Assembly: GCF_009914755.1 (NCBI RefSeq)
Contig: NC_060940.1
DNA length: 64,000 nt
Reading direction: 5' to 3' (one strand)
Origin: the human T2T-CHM13v2.0 reference genome, Homo sapiens
Of this stretch, positions 40,872 through 54,702 are shown piece after piece. The position numbers and the translations under genes were made by a program. The notes under the pieces are model-generated. The model saw only the letters and a program-made list of their open reading frames with translations. It ran no database searches and was not told the DNA's origin. The first letter of the stretch is position 1, and each line of letters starts with the position of its first letter.

Positions 40872-42768
40872 CCACCTCATCTTTGCCAGGAGAACCCATG
40901 ACACACCCACCTCATCTTTGCAGGAGGACCCTGACACACCCACCTCATCTGTGCCAGGAGGACCCGTGACACACCCACCTCATCTTTGCCAGGAGGACCC
41001 AGACACACCCTCCTCGTCTTTGCAGGAGGACCCTGACACACCCACCTCATCTTTGCCAGGAGGACCCTGACACACCCACCTCATCTTTGCCAGGAGGACC
41101 CCTGACACACCCACCTCATCTTTGTCAGGAGCACCCGTGACACACCCACCTCATCTTTGCCAGGAGGACCCTGACACACCCACCTCATCTTTGCCAGGAG
41201 GACCCCTGACACACCCACCTCATCTTTGTCAGGAGCACCCGTGACACACCCACCTCATCTTTGCCAGGAGGACCCTGACACACCCACCTCATCTGTGCCA
41301 GGAGGACCCGTGACACACCCACCTCATCTTTGCAGGAGGACCCTGACACACCCACCTCATCTTTGCCAGGAGGACCCCGACACACCCACCTCATCTTTGC
41401 CAGGAGGACCCTGACACACCCACCTCTTTGCAGGAGAACCCTGACACACCCACCTCATCTTTGCCAGGAGGACCCGTGACACACCCACCTCATCTTTGCC
41501 AGGAGGACCCGTGACACACCCACCTCATCTTTGCCAGGAGGACCCTGACACACCCACCTCATCTTTGCCAGGAGGACCCCTGACACACCCACCTCATCTT
41601 TGTCAGGAGCACCCGTGACACACCCACCTCATCTTTGCCAGGAGGACCCTGACACACCCACCTCATCTGTGCCAGGAGGACCCGTGACACACCCACCTCA
41701 TCTTTGCAGGAGGACCCTGACACACCCACCTCATCTTTGCCAGGAGGACCCCGACACACCCACCTCATCTTTGCCAGGAGGACCCTGACACACCCACCTC
41801 TTTGCAGGAGAACCCTGACACACCCACCTCATCTTTGCCAGGAGGACCCTGACACACCCACCTCATCTTTGCAGGAGAACCCTGACACACCCACCTCATC
41901 TTTGCCAGGAGGACCCTGACACACCCACCTCATCTGTGCCAGGAGGACCCTGACACACCCACCTCATCTTTGCAGGAGAACCCTGACACACCCACCTCAT
42001 CTTTGCCAGGAGGACCCTGACACACCCACCTCATCTTTGCAGGAGAACCCTGACACACCCACCTCATCTTTGCAGGAGAACCCTGACACACCCACCTCAT
42101 CTTTGCCAGGAGGACCCCTGACACACCCACCTCATCTTTGTCAGGAGCACCCGTGACACACCCACCTCATCTTTTCCAGGAGGACCCTGACACACCCACC
42201 TCATCTGTGCCAGGAGGACCCGTGACACACCCACCTCATCTTTGCAGGAGGACCCTGACACACCCACCTCATCTTTGCAGGAGGACCCTGACACACCCAC
42301 CTCATCTTTGCCAGGAGGACCCGTGACACACCCACCTCATCTTTGCCAGGAGGACCCGTGACACACCCACCTCATCTGTGCCAGGAGGACCCTGACACAC
42401 CCACCTCATCTTTGCAGGAGAACCCTGACACACCCACCTCATCTTTGCCAGGAGGACCCTGACACACCCACCTCATCTTTGCAGGAGGACCCTGACACAC
42501 CCACCTCATCTTTGCCAGGAGGACCCTGACACACCCACCTCATCTTTGCAGGAGGACCCTGACACACCCACCTCATCTTTGCCAGGAGGACGCTGACACA
42601 CCCACCTCATCTTTGCAGGAGGACCCTGACACACCCACCTCATCTTTGCCAGGAGGACCCTGACACACCCACCTCATCTTTGCAGGAGGACCCTGACACA
42701 CCCACCTCATCTGTGCCAGGAGGACCCTGACACACCCACCTCATCTTTGCAGGAGGACCCATGACACC
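40872..42768. repeat. VNTR, 33-35-bp unit GACACACCCACCTCATCTTTGCCAGGAGGACCCT, ~56 copies, 374-bp higher-order block
   Basis: Highly homogeneous units. The ORF translations at 41185 and 41559 are identical (374 bp, 11 units apart). Confidence 0.97.
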
Positions 42769-43036
42769 TGGCCTTGGGTTGAACTCCTTGCTCCTCTTTT
42801 CCTCGGGACCCTGAGTGAGTCATATCCTACTCTGAGGTCCACATCTGTCAAGTGGGGACCGCCGTGCTGACCTCACGGGCCGCGACACGGGTTAGAGACA
42901 GGGTGTGGGTGTGTCCAGCTCACAGCCCTGTCGCACTGGGCGGGTCTGCCCAGGGAATGGACAGGTGTACCTGCAGGCTGTGGGGTGGAGTCTCCACATG
43001 GCTGTGACAGGTCTGGGGAAGTTCTTAGAGGGCAGC

Positions 43037-43057
43037 TCCTCTGTCCATGGTGCTGAA
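43037..43057 (-). promoter_or_regulatory. RE1/NRSE (REST binding site)
   Basis: The minus strand reads TTCAGCACCATGGACAGAGGA against the consensus TTCAGCACCA(C/T)GGACAGCGCC; the first 17 bp are perfect. Confidence 0.8.
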
Positions 43058-43609
43058 CCCTCATCTTGCGGGGAAACATCACTTTCCCCCACTCCTGAGC
43101 CCCACGAATGAGCCAGGTGGAAGGAAAAAGGTGTTGGGAGAAAAGGAAAGGCAGAGAAAGGGAAAAGAATCAGGAAGAGAGAGGGAGAGAGAAAGAGAAA
43201 GAGGTGAAGAGAGAGAGAAAGGGAGGCCAAAGAGAGCAAGGGAGAGAGGAGGCAGGTGGTCTGAGAAGCCAATGAGGGCACCTCCTCAAGACAGGACAGA
43301 GAGCAGCTTTTGTTTTGACATCATTGTTCTGACATCACCCTCTCTAAGGAGCACGTTTCCCTGTGGTTATTTCCCACCTTCCTCCTTCCCAAGGGTTCCA
43401 CCTGTGGGTCCCTGGGCAGGTCTGTGTATGAGCAGAGCTGCCATTTATGTGCATGCGACGTATGGATAGAGAAGTGTGTGTGCACATGGACATCACACGT
43501 GCACCCATGCACAAGCCTGCACACACGCACCCATGTACACACACACAAGAACTCACACAACTTGGAATGTGCTACAGGGAGGTGACCACGCACAGCTGGG
43601 CATCTGGTT

Positions 43610-43830
43610 AAGTGACCTTTGCTGTTGTCCAGCGCTGGAGATGAAGCCACAGTGGACAGTGGGGAGGGAGCTGTCTGTAGAGTGGGCGGAGGACAAGCTG
43701 CAGCCCTAAGGTTGTCCAGCGCTGGAGATGAGGCCATGATGGGCAGTGGGGAGGGAGTTGTCTGTAGAGTGGGGGCGAGGACCACGGTGGGCAGTGGGGA
43801 GGGAGCTGTCTGTAGAGTTGGGGTGAGGAC
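43610..43830. repeat. Imperfect tandem repeat
   Basis: cagtggggagggag(c/t)tgtctgtagagt three times; gttgtccagcgctggagatga twice. Confidence 0.8.
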
Positions 43831-44434
43831 CACAGTGCGTGGGCTGGACCCTCTCAAGGGCAGGCTCCAGGTGTCCTGGCAGCTGTGCCTGTGGCCTTGG
43901 CAATGGGGGTGTCCTGCAGAAACTGGACTCATCACAGAGCTGGACACACCCCAGGCCCTGCACTCAGAAAAGCCAAAGGAGGGTCAGGCCACTGGGTCAT
44001 AGGAGCAGACCCTGCCACAGCCACACAGCAACCAGCAACTCTGCAGATCAGGGACAACACGAGAACTATGAGGGGGGGCCACCTCCCCACCGGACTCTTC
44101 GAGTCTCCCATGCAGAAACGGAGCTGAGTCCAGCCTGGGTGACCCAGGACAGAGCCACTGCAGTGAAGGGGCAGCAGGAACCGGCTCTGGGCAGCCAGCT
44201 GTGGTTTGCAGTTGGTTCCTCTTAGGTCAGGTCTACGTCCCGCCTGTGAGCCCCGCTGTCCTTGTCCTTGGAACTTACCTAAGGGTCCTTGGAAGAAACT
44301 GCCAGACCTCCTCCTCTCAACCCCTTCTGGCTGCATATGAAACTTCTCACTGTTTCTTCTGACTCCAGAGAAGCACAGAAAGTTTACTAATCTGGGAAGT
44401 TAAGCCTCTACTTTGCCCTCATGGATGTGTGCCA

Positions 44435-46110
44435 TCGACCCATCCACCCATCCACACACTTATTCACCCACCATCCATCCACCCACCCACCTACCCACGC
44501 TTTATCCATCCACCCATTCATCCACCCATCTATCCATCTATCCATCCACCCACCCACGCACTCACCCACCCATCTATCCATCCACCGACCCACACACTCA
44601 TCCACCCATCTATCCATCCACCGACCCACGCACTCATCCACCCATCTATCCATCCACCCACCCACGCACTCATCCACCCATCTATCCATCTATCCATCCA
44701 CCCACCCACGCACTCACCCACCCATCTATCCATCCACCGACCCACGCACTCATCCACCCATCTATCCATCCACCCACCCACACACTCACCCACCCATCTA
44801 TCCATCCACGGACCCACGCACTCACCCACCCATCTATCCATCCACCCACCCACGCACTCATCCACCCATATATCCATCCACCCACCCACGCACTCACCCA
44901 CCCATCTATCCATCCACCCACCCAAGCACTCATCCACCCATCTATCCATCCACCCACCCACACACTCACCCACCCATCTATCCATCCACCCACCCACACA
45001 CTCATCCACCCATCTATCCATCCACCCACACACGCACACACCCACCCATCTATCCATCCACCCACCCACGCACTCACCCACCCATCTATCCATCCACCCA
45101 CCCACGCACTCATCCACCCATCTATCCATCCACCCACCCACGCACACATCCACCCATCTATCCATCCACCCACCCACACACTCATCCACTCATCTATCCA
45201 TCCACTCACCCACACACTCATCCACCATCTATCCATCCACCCACCCACGCACTCATCCACCCATCTATCCATCCACCCACCCAAGCACTCATCCACCCAT
45301 CTATCCATCCACCCACCCATGCACTCATCCACCCATCTATCCATCCACCCACACGTGCACCTATCCACCCATCTATCCATCCACCCACCCATGCACTCAT
45401 CCACCCATCTATCCATCCACCCACCCATGCACTCATCCACCCATCTATCTCTCCACCCACACATGCACCTATCCACCTATCCATCCATCTACCTATTCAC
45501 CCACCCATCCATCCATCTGCCTATTCACCCACTCTTCTGCCCACCCACTCATCCATCCATCCATCCATCCATCCACCCCACCCATCATGCGTTCATCCAT
45601 TCATCCACCCACCCATTCATCCACCCGTTCATCTATCCATCTGTCCACTCATCCTCCATCCACCCCACCCACCACCCATCCACCCATTCACCCACCCATC
45701 CATTCATCTGCCCATCCACTCATCAATCTGTCCACTCACCCACCCATCCACCCATCCATCTATCCATCCGTCCACCCATTCTCCATCCACCCCATCCACC
45801 ATCCATCCACCCATTCACCCACCCATCCATCCATCTGCTTATTCACTCACTCCTCCACCCACCCACTCATCCATCCATCCATCCATCCATCCATCCATCC
45901 ATCCATGCATCCATCCACCCACCCATCCATTCATCTGCCCATCCACCCATCTATCTATCTGCCCACTCACACACCCACCCACCCACCATCCATCCACCCA
46001 TCCATCTATCCATCCGTTCACTCACCCATTCCTCCACCCACCCACCCTTCCATGCACCCACCCACCCTTCCATGCACCCACCCACCCATTCATCCACCTG
46101 TCCATCCATG
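44435..46110. repeat. ~1.7-kb (CCAT/CCAC)n array; left part regularised to a 36-bp unit
   Basis: cactcatccacccatctatccatccacccacccacg repeated over ~44530-45480, followed by degenerate tetramers. Confidence 0.97.
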
Positions 46111-46230
46111 CACAGGTATTTGCTGAGCTGGTGCCACATGCACTGGCACTTTGCTAGCCTTTGGGAAGCACAACAGTAAAACACAGGTCATGTTTACCTC
46201 AAGTTTCCAATCTATTGTGAAGCTGCAGGC
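46105..46230 (-). mobile_element. L2 3'-end fragment adjoining the CCAT array
   Basis: gtatttgctgagc...ggcactttgctagcctttggga..cacaacagtaaaac...cctcaagtttccaatcta resembles the reverse-complement L2 terminus. Confidence 0.6.
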
Positions 46231-46929
46231 AGAGGCGAACTCATCTTGGGGGCTTGCAGGACACAATCCCATGAGGTAGAGAAGTAAATCAGGCAGAGGT
46301 GAACGCATCTTGGGGGCTGCAGGAAGTAAAAACATTAGCACCTGGGTTTGTGTGTCTTTTCATCCCATCTCATTCTTTATGTGACTCCTTCTGTATACCA
46401 GTTTTACAGTGCAGGGGGGTGCTCAGGCACGTCTCTCTGTTTAGGGGCTGCAAGGAAGTGAGCCACTGGGTGGCTGAGCCACGTAAACAAGAAGAGGAGT
46501 AACAATCTAAACTGAAAGGGCTTGTGGCTGGGTCACAGTCTGCAGGAGAAGGGAGGGTTCATCCGGGTCTTGGATGAATTTGTTGGATGGGAAGTTGGTG
46601 AAGAACATTCCGTGGGCAGGACAGGTGCAGCCAGCAGGGGTGGAGAATGAGAAGACACTCAGGGCATGGAGTTTTGGAGCTGGGGCTGCAGGAGGCGGGG
46701 ACAGAGGCACTGTCGATGGGTATGGCTTTGATGCTGGTTCGCAGGCAGCCTGAATTCCACCTGGTCGATATCAGAAGCTGCTGAAGGAGGATGAGGGCAT
46801 CTGGCCTCAGCCATGAGACTGATTGAAGCTCTGTGGGGACCAGGAGGAAGTGGGGGCTGAAGCTGCTGGGCAGGGGGTTGGGGGAGATCTGGCTGAGTCT
46901 GAAAGGTAAGGTGCTGTTCGCAGTGGCAG

Positions 46930-47225
46930 GTGTGTCATTAACTTGCTGTGGAACCAAACACCCAGATCTCAGTGGCTTCAAACAACAGCAATGTGCCATT
47001 CTCCTGGGCTGACAGTTGGGGATGGCAGCTGGCGCCCCTCGGGTCTCCTACAGGCAGCCGGCAGCTCCTTCCATGGGGTTCTCTGGGCGGCTGCGCGAGG
47101 GCAGAGGTGGAGGCCACGCAGCCTCTTAGGGCAGGACACCACTTCCACCACGTTCTGTGGGTCAAAGCAAATCAGACGCCCACCCAGGCTCAGGAGGGGG
47201 ACCTCCACCTCTTCATGGGAATTTC
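46930..47225 (-). mobile_element. Old MLT1 (H/J/K-like) LTR fragment
   Basis: aaacacccagatctcagtggcttcaaacaac...cacttccaccacgttctgtgggtcaaagcaaatca...ctccacctcttcatggga. Confidence 0.65.
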
Positions 47226-47759
47226 AGCAAATCCCTGTGGTCGCAGCGCCGGGGGCCCAGTGTCTCCCGAGTGCGTCCACATGTGTGCTGAATGCAGGCT
47301 GTGGAGTGCAGGGGAGAGAGGTGAGCGCCTGGGCGGGTGAGCGGGGAGAGGTGAGCACCTGGGCGGGTGTGCAGGCAGAGAAAGAGTGAGGAAGGTCCAC
47401 CTTCAGCTGGAGCTGAGGACAGGGCTGCATTTGGGGAGGAAAAGGGGCCAGATGGGAGTTCTGTGCCAGGCTGGGGTTCGGGTCAGGAAGGCTTCTCCAC
47501 AGAGCGGCGTGATCACATCTGGATCTGGCAGGAGTGGGGAAGGACAGTCAGGAGTCGATGGGGAGATGGGACTGGGTGGGGGCAGCAAGGATGGAAGGTG
47601 GGGAGACAGACGCTGTGGAGGCCCAAGGGGACTCTGGCTGGTGAACGAGGACACCCCCAGGCTCTAGGCCCCCACCCCAGGGCGGAGAACCCCCACTTCC
47701 CAGGTCCCGAGGGAGCCCTGTCTCACTTCTCCGCTGAGGCCAAGGCTCGTTTCCAAAGA

Positions 47760-47862
47760 GGAGAGGAAGAGGGGAGGGGAGGGGAGGGGAAGGGAAGGGA
47801 GGGGAAGAGAAGGGAGGGGAGGGGAGGGGAGGGCAGGGGAGAGGAGGGGAGGGGAGGTGAGG
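47760..47862. repeat. (GGAGG/GGGAG)n purine tract
   Basis: Seen directly in the sequence. Confidence 0.9.
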
Positions 47863-48665
47863 GATGTTCAGATCAAGAGCCCCACTGGGGAGAGCTTTAA
47901 AAAATGCAATTAAATGGAAAATAATTAAATCCAATTAAAAATGAGCAGTGGGGGGTGGGGAGTGGGGGGATGCTGGGACTGCAGGGAAGGCTTGGGCTGC
48001 CCTGTGCAGTCTGCAGTCTTCCTGATTGCACTTTCGAGGTGGAAAAAGGAGGCCAGACCTGGCCCCCAACACTGTGGGAGCGCCCAGTGGCTGCAAAGCC
48101 GGGGCCACCAGGCCACGCTCTCCTGGGACCTGCCCCGCTGGACCGGGGACGTCTGTCACCGCTTCTTTCCCAGCCGCTCTCTCCCACCTGCTGGGGCTCC
48201 CCAGGGCCCCAGGCCCCCTTTGGAACACCCAGTCTTGCTCTCCTCCAGTCAAGCCACATTCCATGAGAGCACCTGAAGGGGATTGGCTAGGGGCCGCCTC
48301 GAGACCCTCTGGCGTGGAAACCGTCAGCTGGTGAGCACATGGGCCAGCCGGGGTGTTTGTTACATGTGCATTTCCTGACCCCGCCCAGTCTGGCTGGATG
48401 GATCCTGGGCATCTGAATTTATGTGAAGCCCAGGTGGGTCAGGTGGCAGTCAGGTGGCTCAGGTCACACCTGGAGACCCCATCTAGTGCCGCCCCCTCTT
48501 TACAGAGCATTGCCTGGGGCCCTCCTTGCTGAGCTGAGGGACGGCCCAGGCTGCATCCCCCCGCCAGGAGGTGGCCTCTGCTGGGTCCTGGAGAGCTGGT
48601 TCCCGAGCTAAGGCCAGAGGTGCTGCTGAGGGGTCTTTGCCTAGGCCACTAGCAGGGGCTGGATG

Positions 48666-48812
48666 AGGAGGGGGGCCACGGCTTTGGCGGCTGGTGCCTG
48701 ACCTTGGCAGAAGGACCAGGAGGGGGACGGCGGCTTTGGCGGCTGGTGCCTGACCTCGGCAGGAGGACGAGGAGGGGGATGGCGGCTTTGGTGGCTGGTG
48801 CCTGACCTCAGC
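48666..48812. repeat. ~52-bp tandem repeat, 3 copies
   Basis: cggctttgg(c/t)ggctggtgcctgacct repeated three times. Confidence 0.88.
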
Positions 48813-49059
48813 AGCAGCCTTCCCCGATGGGCTTCTGGGAACTTGCTGCCTCCTCCCTGGGCTCCCAGCTGCTTCCCTCCCCTGCAGCACCCCTCTCAGA
48901 TCTGCCACGGCTGTATGCAGGTGGCTTCACCCCTGGGCTGGGAGCTGGAGGAGGCAGACCTAACAGGCGGTGGGCCCAGCCCAGCAGACATAGCCGCTGC
49001 TCACAGCAAGGAGTGCAGGGACCTCAGCAAGGCTGGCTGCCAAGGTGGAACCACTCTGC

Positions 49060-49225
49060 CGAGGCTCCCTGCACCCTGCACGAGGCTCCCCACACCCTGC
49101 CCAGGGCTCCCTGCACCCTGCACCCTGCCCGGGGTTCCCTGCACCCTGCACCCTGCCCGAGGCTCCCCGCACCCTGCCCGAGGCTCCTGCACCCTGCCCG
49201 AGGCCCCCTGCACCCTGCCCGGGGC
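49060..49225. repeat. Minisatellite, ~20-27-bp unit GGCTCCCTGCACCCTGCCC
   Basis: caccctgc core repeated about nine times. Confidence 0.85.
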
Positions 49226-49467
49226 TGGCATCCCACACTCTGCACAACAAACGCCTGGTCCTGGGGCACGGGGGCTGTGGGGAGGCGAACTCCACGCAGG
49301 AGCAGGGGGCTGAGGAGGGCCTGTCTGCCCCAATTAACACTCCAGGATCATCGCTGAGCAGAAACCCCATTCTTGGAGGTAGGGCCTAGAGAGGCCTAGA
49401 GAAGACATCATTTTTAATTTAAAAAAATGTAAATGTTAAATAGGGAAGACATGCCTATAACACCAAG

Positions 49468-50347
49468 CCCAACAGCTAGCACAGTCAACAGTCAGCACAG
49501 TCAACAGTCAGCACAGCCAACAGCCAGCACAGCCAACAGCCAGCACAGTCAACAGCTAGCATAGTCAACACCCAGAACGGTCGACAGCCAGCACGGTCAA
49601 CAGCCAGCAAGGTCAACAGCCAGCACAGCCAACAGCCAGCACAGTCAACACCCAGCACAGTCAACAGCCAGCACGGTCAACAGCCAGCACGGTCAGCAGC
49701 TAGCATAGTCAACACCCAGAATGGTCAACAGCCAGCACGGTCAACAGCCAGCATGGTCAACAGCCAGCACGGTCAACAGCCAGATGGTCAACAGCCAGCA
49801 CAATCAACAGCTAGCATAGTCAACACCCAGCACAGTCAACAGCCAGCACAGTCAACAGCCAGCATGGTCAACAGCCAGCACGGTCAACAGCCAGCACGGT
49901 CAACAGCCAGATGGTCAACAGCCAGCACAGTCAACAGCCAGCACAGTCAACACCCAGCAGAGTCAACAGCCAGCACAGTCAACAGCTAGCATAGTCAACA
50001 CCCAGAATGGTCAACAGCCAGCACGGTCAACAGCCAGCAAGGTCAACAGCCAGCACGGTCAACAGCCAAGCACAGTCAACACCCAGCACAGTCAACACCC
50101 AGCACGGTCAACACCCAGCACGGTCAACACCCAGCACGGTCAACAGCCAGCACGGTCAACACCCAGCACGGTCAACAGCCAGCACGGTCAACAGCTAGCA
50201 TGGTCAACACCCAGAATGGTCAACAGCCAGCACAGTCAACAGCCAGCACGGCCAACAGCTAGCATAGTCAACACCCAGAATGGTCAACAGCCAGCACGGT
50301 CAACAGCCAGCATGGCCAACAGCCAGCACAGCCAACAGCCAGCACAG
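49468..50347. repeat. VNTR, 16-bp unit GTCAACAGCCAGCACG, ~55 copies
   Basis: gtcaac at 49484, 49500...; variant blocks (gctagcatagtcaacacccagaatg) recur. Confidence 0.97.
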
Positions 50348-50534
50348 CAGGAAAAATAGTCAGTTCCCCTCCATCTGCAACCCCCAAGGGCCACAGTGTC
50401 TTCTGAATCCTCCCAGAGATGGGCCCTGCTCAGGAAAGCATGTGTCTGACACTGTGTATCTCACATGCACCCACACATGTGGCAGCAAAGCCCAGAATGG
50501 GGGTCTCCATCCACAGTTCACATCAAAATCACTG

Positions 50535-51275
50535 CAGAGGTGTTCACGTCCTCCTAAAGCTCCCACGGTGAAATCCTACCCTGAGAGGATGAGTGAGGAG
50601 GTGGCCTTCGGGGGAGGGTGAGTGAGGAGGTGGCCTTCGGGGGAGGGTGAATGGCCTTCGGGGGAGGGTGAGTGAGGAGGTGGCCTTCGGGGGAGGGTGA
50701 ATGGCCTTCGGGGGAGGGTGAGTGAGGAGGTGGCCTTCGGGGGAGGATGAGTGAGGAGGTGGCCTTCGGGGGAGGGTGAATGGCCTTTGGGGGAGGGTGA
50801 GTGAGGAGGTGGCCTTTGGGGGAGGGTGAATGGCCTTTGGGGGAGGGTGAATGAGGAGGTGGCCTTTGGGGGAGGGTGAATGGCCTTCGGGGGAGGGTGA
50901 TGGCCTTTGGGGGAGGGTGAATGAGGAGGTGGCCTTCGGGGGAGGGTGAAGGCCTTCAGGGGAGGGTGAATGGCCTTCGGGGGAGGGTAAGTGAGGAGGT
51001 GGCCTTCGGGGGAGGGTGAATGCCCTTCGGGGGGCAGTTAGGGCAGGAGGCTGGGGTCCCCCCGATGGGATCAGTGCCCTCACCAAAGAGGCCAAGGGAG
51101 ACCCCTGGGAGTGCACAGAGTGAAGGCGTCACCCACAGCCAGGAAGAGGGCCCTCCCCGCCCCGTCCTCGGACGCTGATGGCAGATTCCAGCCTCCAGAA
51201 CAGTGAGGACTAGATCCCCGTGGTTTCAGCCCCGCAGCCTGTGATGATTTGTTACAGCATCCTGAGCAAAGACAA
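50535..51275 (+). mobile_element. MLT1A/MLT1A0-like LTR containing an expanded VNTR
   Basis: tgaaatcctacc...ggaggtggccttcgggg...atgggatcagtgccct...ccaggaagagggccctc...ttccagcctccagaacagtgag...atttgttacagca. Confidence 0.75.
50584..51033. repeat. VNTR with interspersed 29-bp and 21-bp units, ~18 copies
   Basis: gagggtgagtgaggaggtggccttcgggg and gagggtgaatggccttcgggg. Confidence 0.95.
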
Positions 51276-52526
51276 TCACCGAGGCAAGTTTTTAAAAATT
51301 CAGAAGACTGGCCCCACCCCCACAAGCTGCATCCATCCCAGTGGATGGGTTTGGGCAGAGCGGGTTTTTTGTTGTTGTTGATGTTTTTAACTTCGTAGAC
51401 AATGTTAGTATTCAGCCAGTGCTGAGAGCCGCACGATGCAACGCAGCCCTGCAGCTTGCTGTTTCTTGCTGTTTCTCCTGTAAGATAGCTGGTTCTGCTT
51501 CACTACGATTCTCCCAAACACCAGAGCCCTGATCATACTTAACCCACAGCCAGCTGTGCCTGGGGAAGACTCTGGGGCCGTCCTCCGTCCACCGTCTGCG
51601 AGGACGTGGGGATGGGCCCCTGGACAGTCAGAGCCACGGGATGGCCCTTAAGTGGAGTTGCTGCCGCAAAGCGTTTATGATTCAAATGGAATCAGACTTT
51701 GTCTTTCCAGTGTCATATGTTGGGGAGAGTGAGACACAGAGTCTGGTCCGATGTGGGGAGGGCACACCCCTCTGTGCTTGTCAGCAGCATGGTTGGTCGC
51801 TGATGTCATCTGGAGGTCTGGGCTGAATGAAAGGGGGTGCGTGGGTAAGGCAGTCACATGTGGGCTGTGCAGGGATCTCAGCATGGCTCTTCCAGCCTCC
51901 ATTCCAGCTCTTCCTGCCTGGAGAGGATGAAACGCTAACTCCACTGCTCGCTCTTGCACTGGGCTTCTGGCTATAGATGAGCCCCCACCAGCTAGACGTA
52001 CTCACAAGCTGGACCAGCAGGCAAGAGCCCATGGCCACTTCTGATGACAGCACAGTCAGGAGACACGACTCCCTCCGAGCAAAGTTTTAAGGAGCAGGCA
52101 GAGAATGGCTGGCACCCTCCCTATTCCAGCCCATCCTCCTGAGCCCAGCCCAGCCTCCGGAAGCAGGAGGTGGTGCGGCCATCTTCCTAGTCCCCAGGAG
52201 GACAAGAACCGGGTCTGTCTTTCCTACCAGTGCCTGAGTGGTTCTGTTTTCGGGGCTGAATGTGGACTGATGCAATGTCTCCTTTCCCAGAAGCACCCGT
52301 AGGAGGGGCTGGGCTGCAGGGACAAGGATCCGAGGGGTCAGCTGTGCACCAGGGAAGGATAGCTTCCCCCCGCCATGGCAGGAAGGGACACGGTCACGTC
52401 CACTTCAGGGCTTCTGGACCCAGCCTCACCCCACCCCACTGCAGGGAACTCAGGCAGCTGCTACCCCACAGAGCAGGCCGCAGGTGGCCCCAAAGCACAT
52501 GGTCCTGGTGTGGAGTGGAGTTTGGA

Positions 52527-52871
<345 letters not shown>

Positions 52872-53554
52872 TAGGAGCAGGAGCAGCAGGACCGTACACT
52901 GAGAAGGAGATACCACAGGTAGAGGAGCTGGGACCAGCACGCCTGGGGCAGGGAGGGGCACCGCTCGCCTGGAGGGTTCCTGGGTCCTGGCCTCTGAAGA
53001 TCAAGGGGAGGAGCCTGGAGCCAAAGGCCCCAGAAGGAAGAAGCGAGGTCCCGGCACCAAGGGCACGGGATGGCAGCCACTGGGAAAGCACCACGGAAGC
53101 CGCATCGGCAGGTTCCTGCTGCCACCCCTTGGTGCCAGGTACAGGGCAGGACGCAGAGGGGAAGCTGGCCCAGGAATGCCGCCACAGGACCCCGCGGGAC
53201 CCCCTGCAGGTGTCGGAGGGGCTGCCCAGACCCTGCCCAGCATTCTGCAGGCAGCTTGAGTCCCGGGGGGCTGATGAAGTAGGGGCTGGACCCCAAATCT
53301 CCAGACAGAGCAGCATCCAGTTACTGTGCAGAGACAGCACATCTCAGTCAAAGACGGGGCCAGGAGGGCGGTGGTCTCCTCTGGAGCCCCTCTTCCTCCC
53401 ACTGGCAGCCCTGCAGACTCCCAGAGCAAGCTGCACAACCACAATCACACCTTCTGGTTCACCAAATATTCATGGAGTGCTCCGCGTGCCGGCACCGTTC
53501 TGGACACAGACGCTCCCCATGTAGACGCTGAGAGGCAGCCTTGCAGACAAGAGT

Positions 53555-53692
53555 CCTCAGAGCAGCCAGCCCCCGAGTCAGGTGGATCCCCCTGGAACAG
53601 CCAGCCCCGAGTCAGGTGGGTCCCCCAGAGCAGCCAGCCCCGCGGCCATGTCTAGAGCCCCTGGAGCAGCCAACCCCTGAGTCAGGTGGGTC
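53555..53692. repeat. Imperfect tandem repeat, 3-4 copies
   Basis: cagccagccccgagtcaggtgg(a/g)tcc repeated. Confidence 0.75.
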
Positions 53693-53919
53693 CATTTGCT
53701 CCCGGTCAAGCGCAGGGACGCGTCCCAGGGGCGTGGTTACAAGGAGGACTTCTGGGAAATTTGTTTCTGGCTCTTAAGGGAGATCCACAGGAAGACACAG
53801 CTCCCTTTTTCTATGTGTTACTCCCTACTCTGGGTGTGATACCCCACATTGCTGAGTCATCTTGCTACCAAACTGTCAAGAACCGTGAGAGGTCTGAGGC
53901 TAACACATTGGCTTGCCAT

Positions 53920-54702
<783 letters not shown>

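Noticed and set aside
40872-42768. CRISPR-like regular ~34-bp repeats (also 30355-30780 and 62123-64000)
   Set aside because: Head-to-tail units with no unique spacers and no cas genes; the DNA is primate.
44413-46179. 565-588-aa His/Pro-rich ORFs in all three + frames
   Set aside because: Simple-repeat artefact; all three frames are open.
48561-48578. CTCF-like CCAGGAGGTGGC (and similar matches elsewhere)
   Set aside because: Mismatch in the core; such partial matches are common in GC-rich DNA.
50584-51033. Repeated CC-TTCG-GG resembling a C(UUCG)G tetraloop
   Set aside because: The stem is only 2 bp and several units read CTTTGG; no evidence for a structured RNA.
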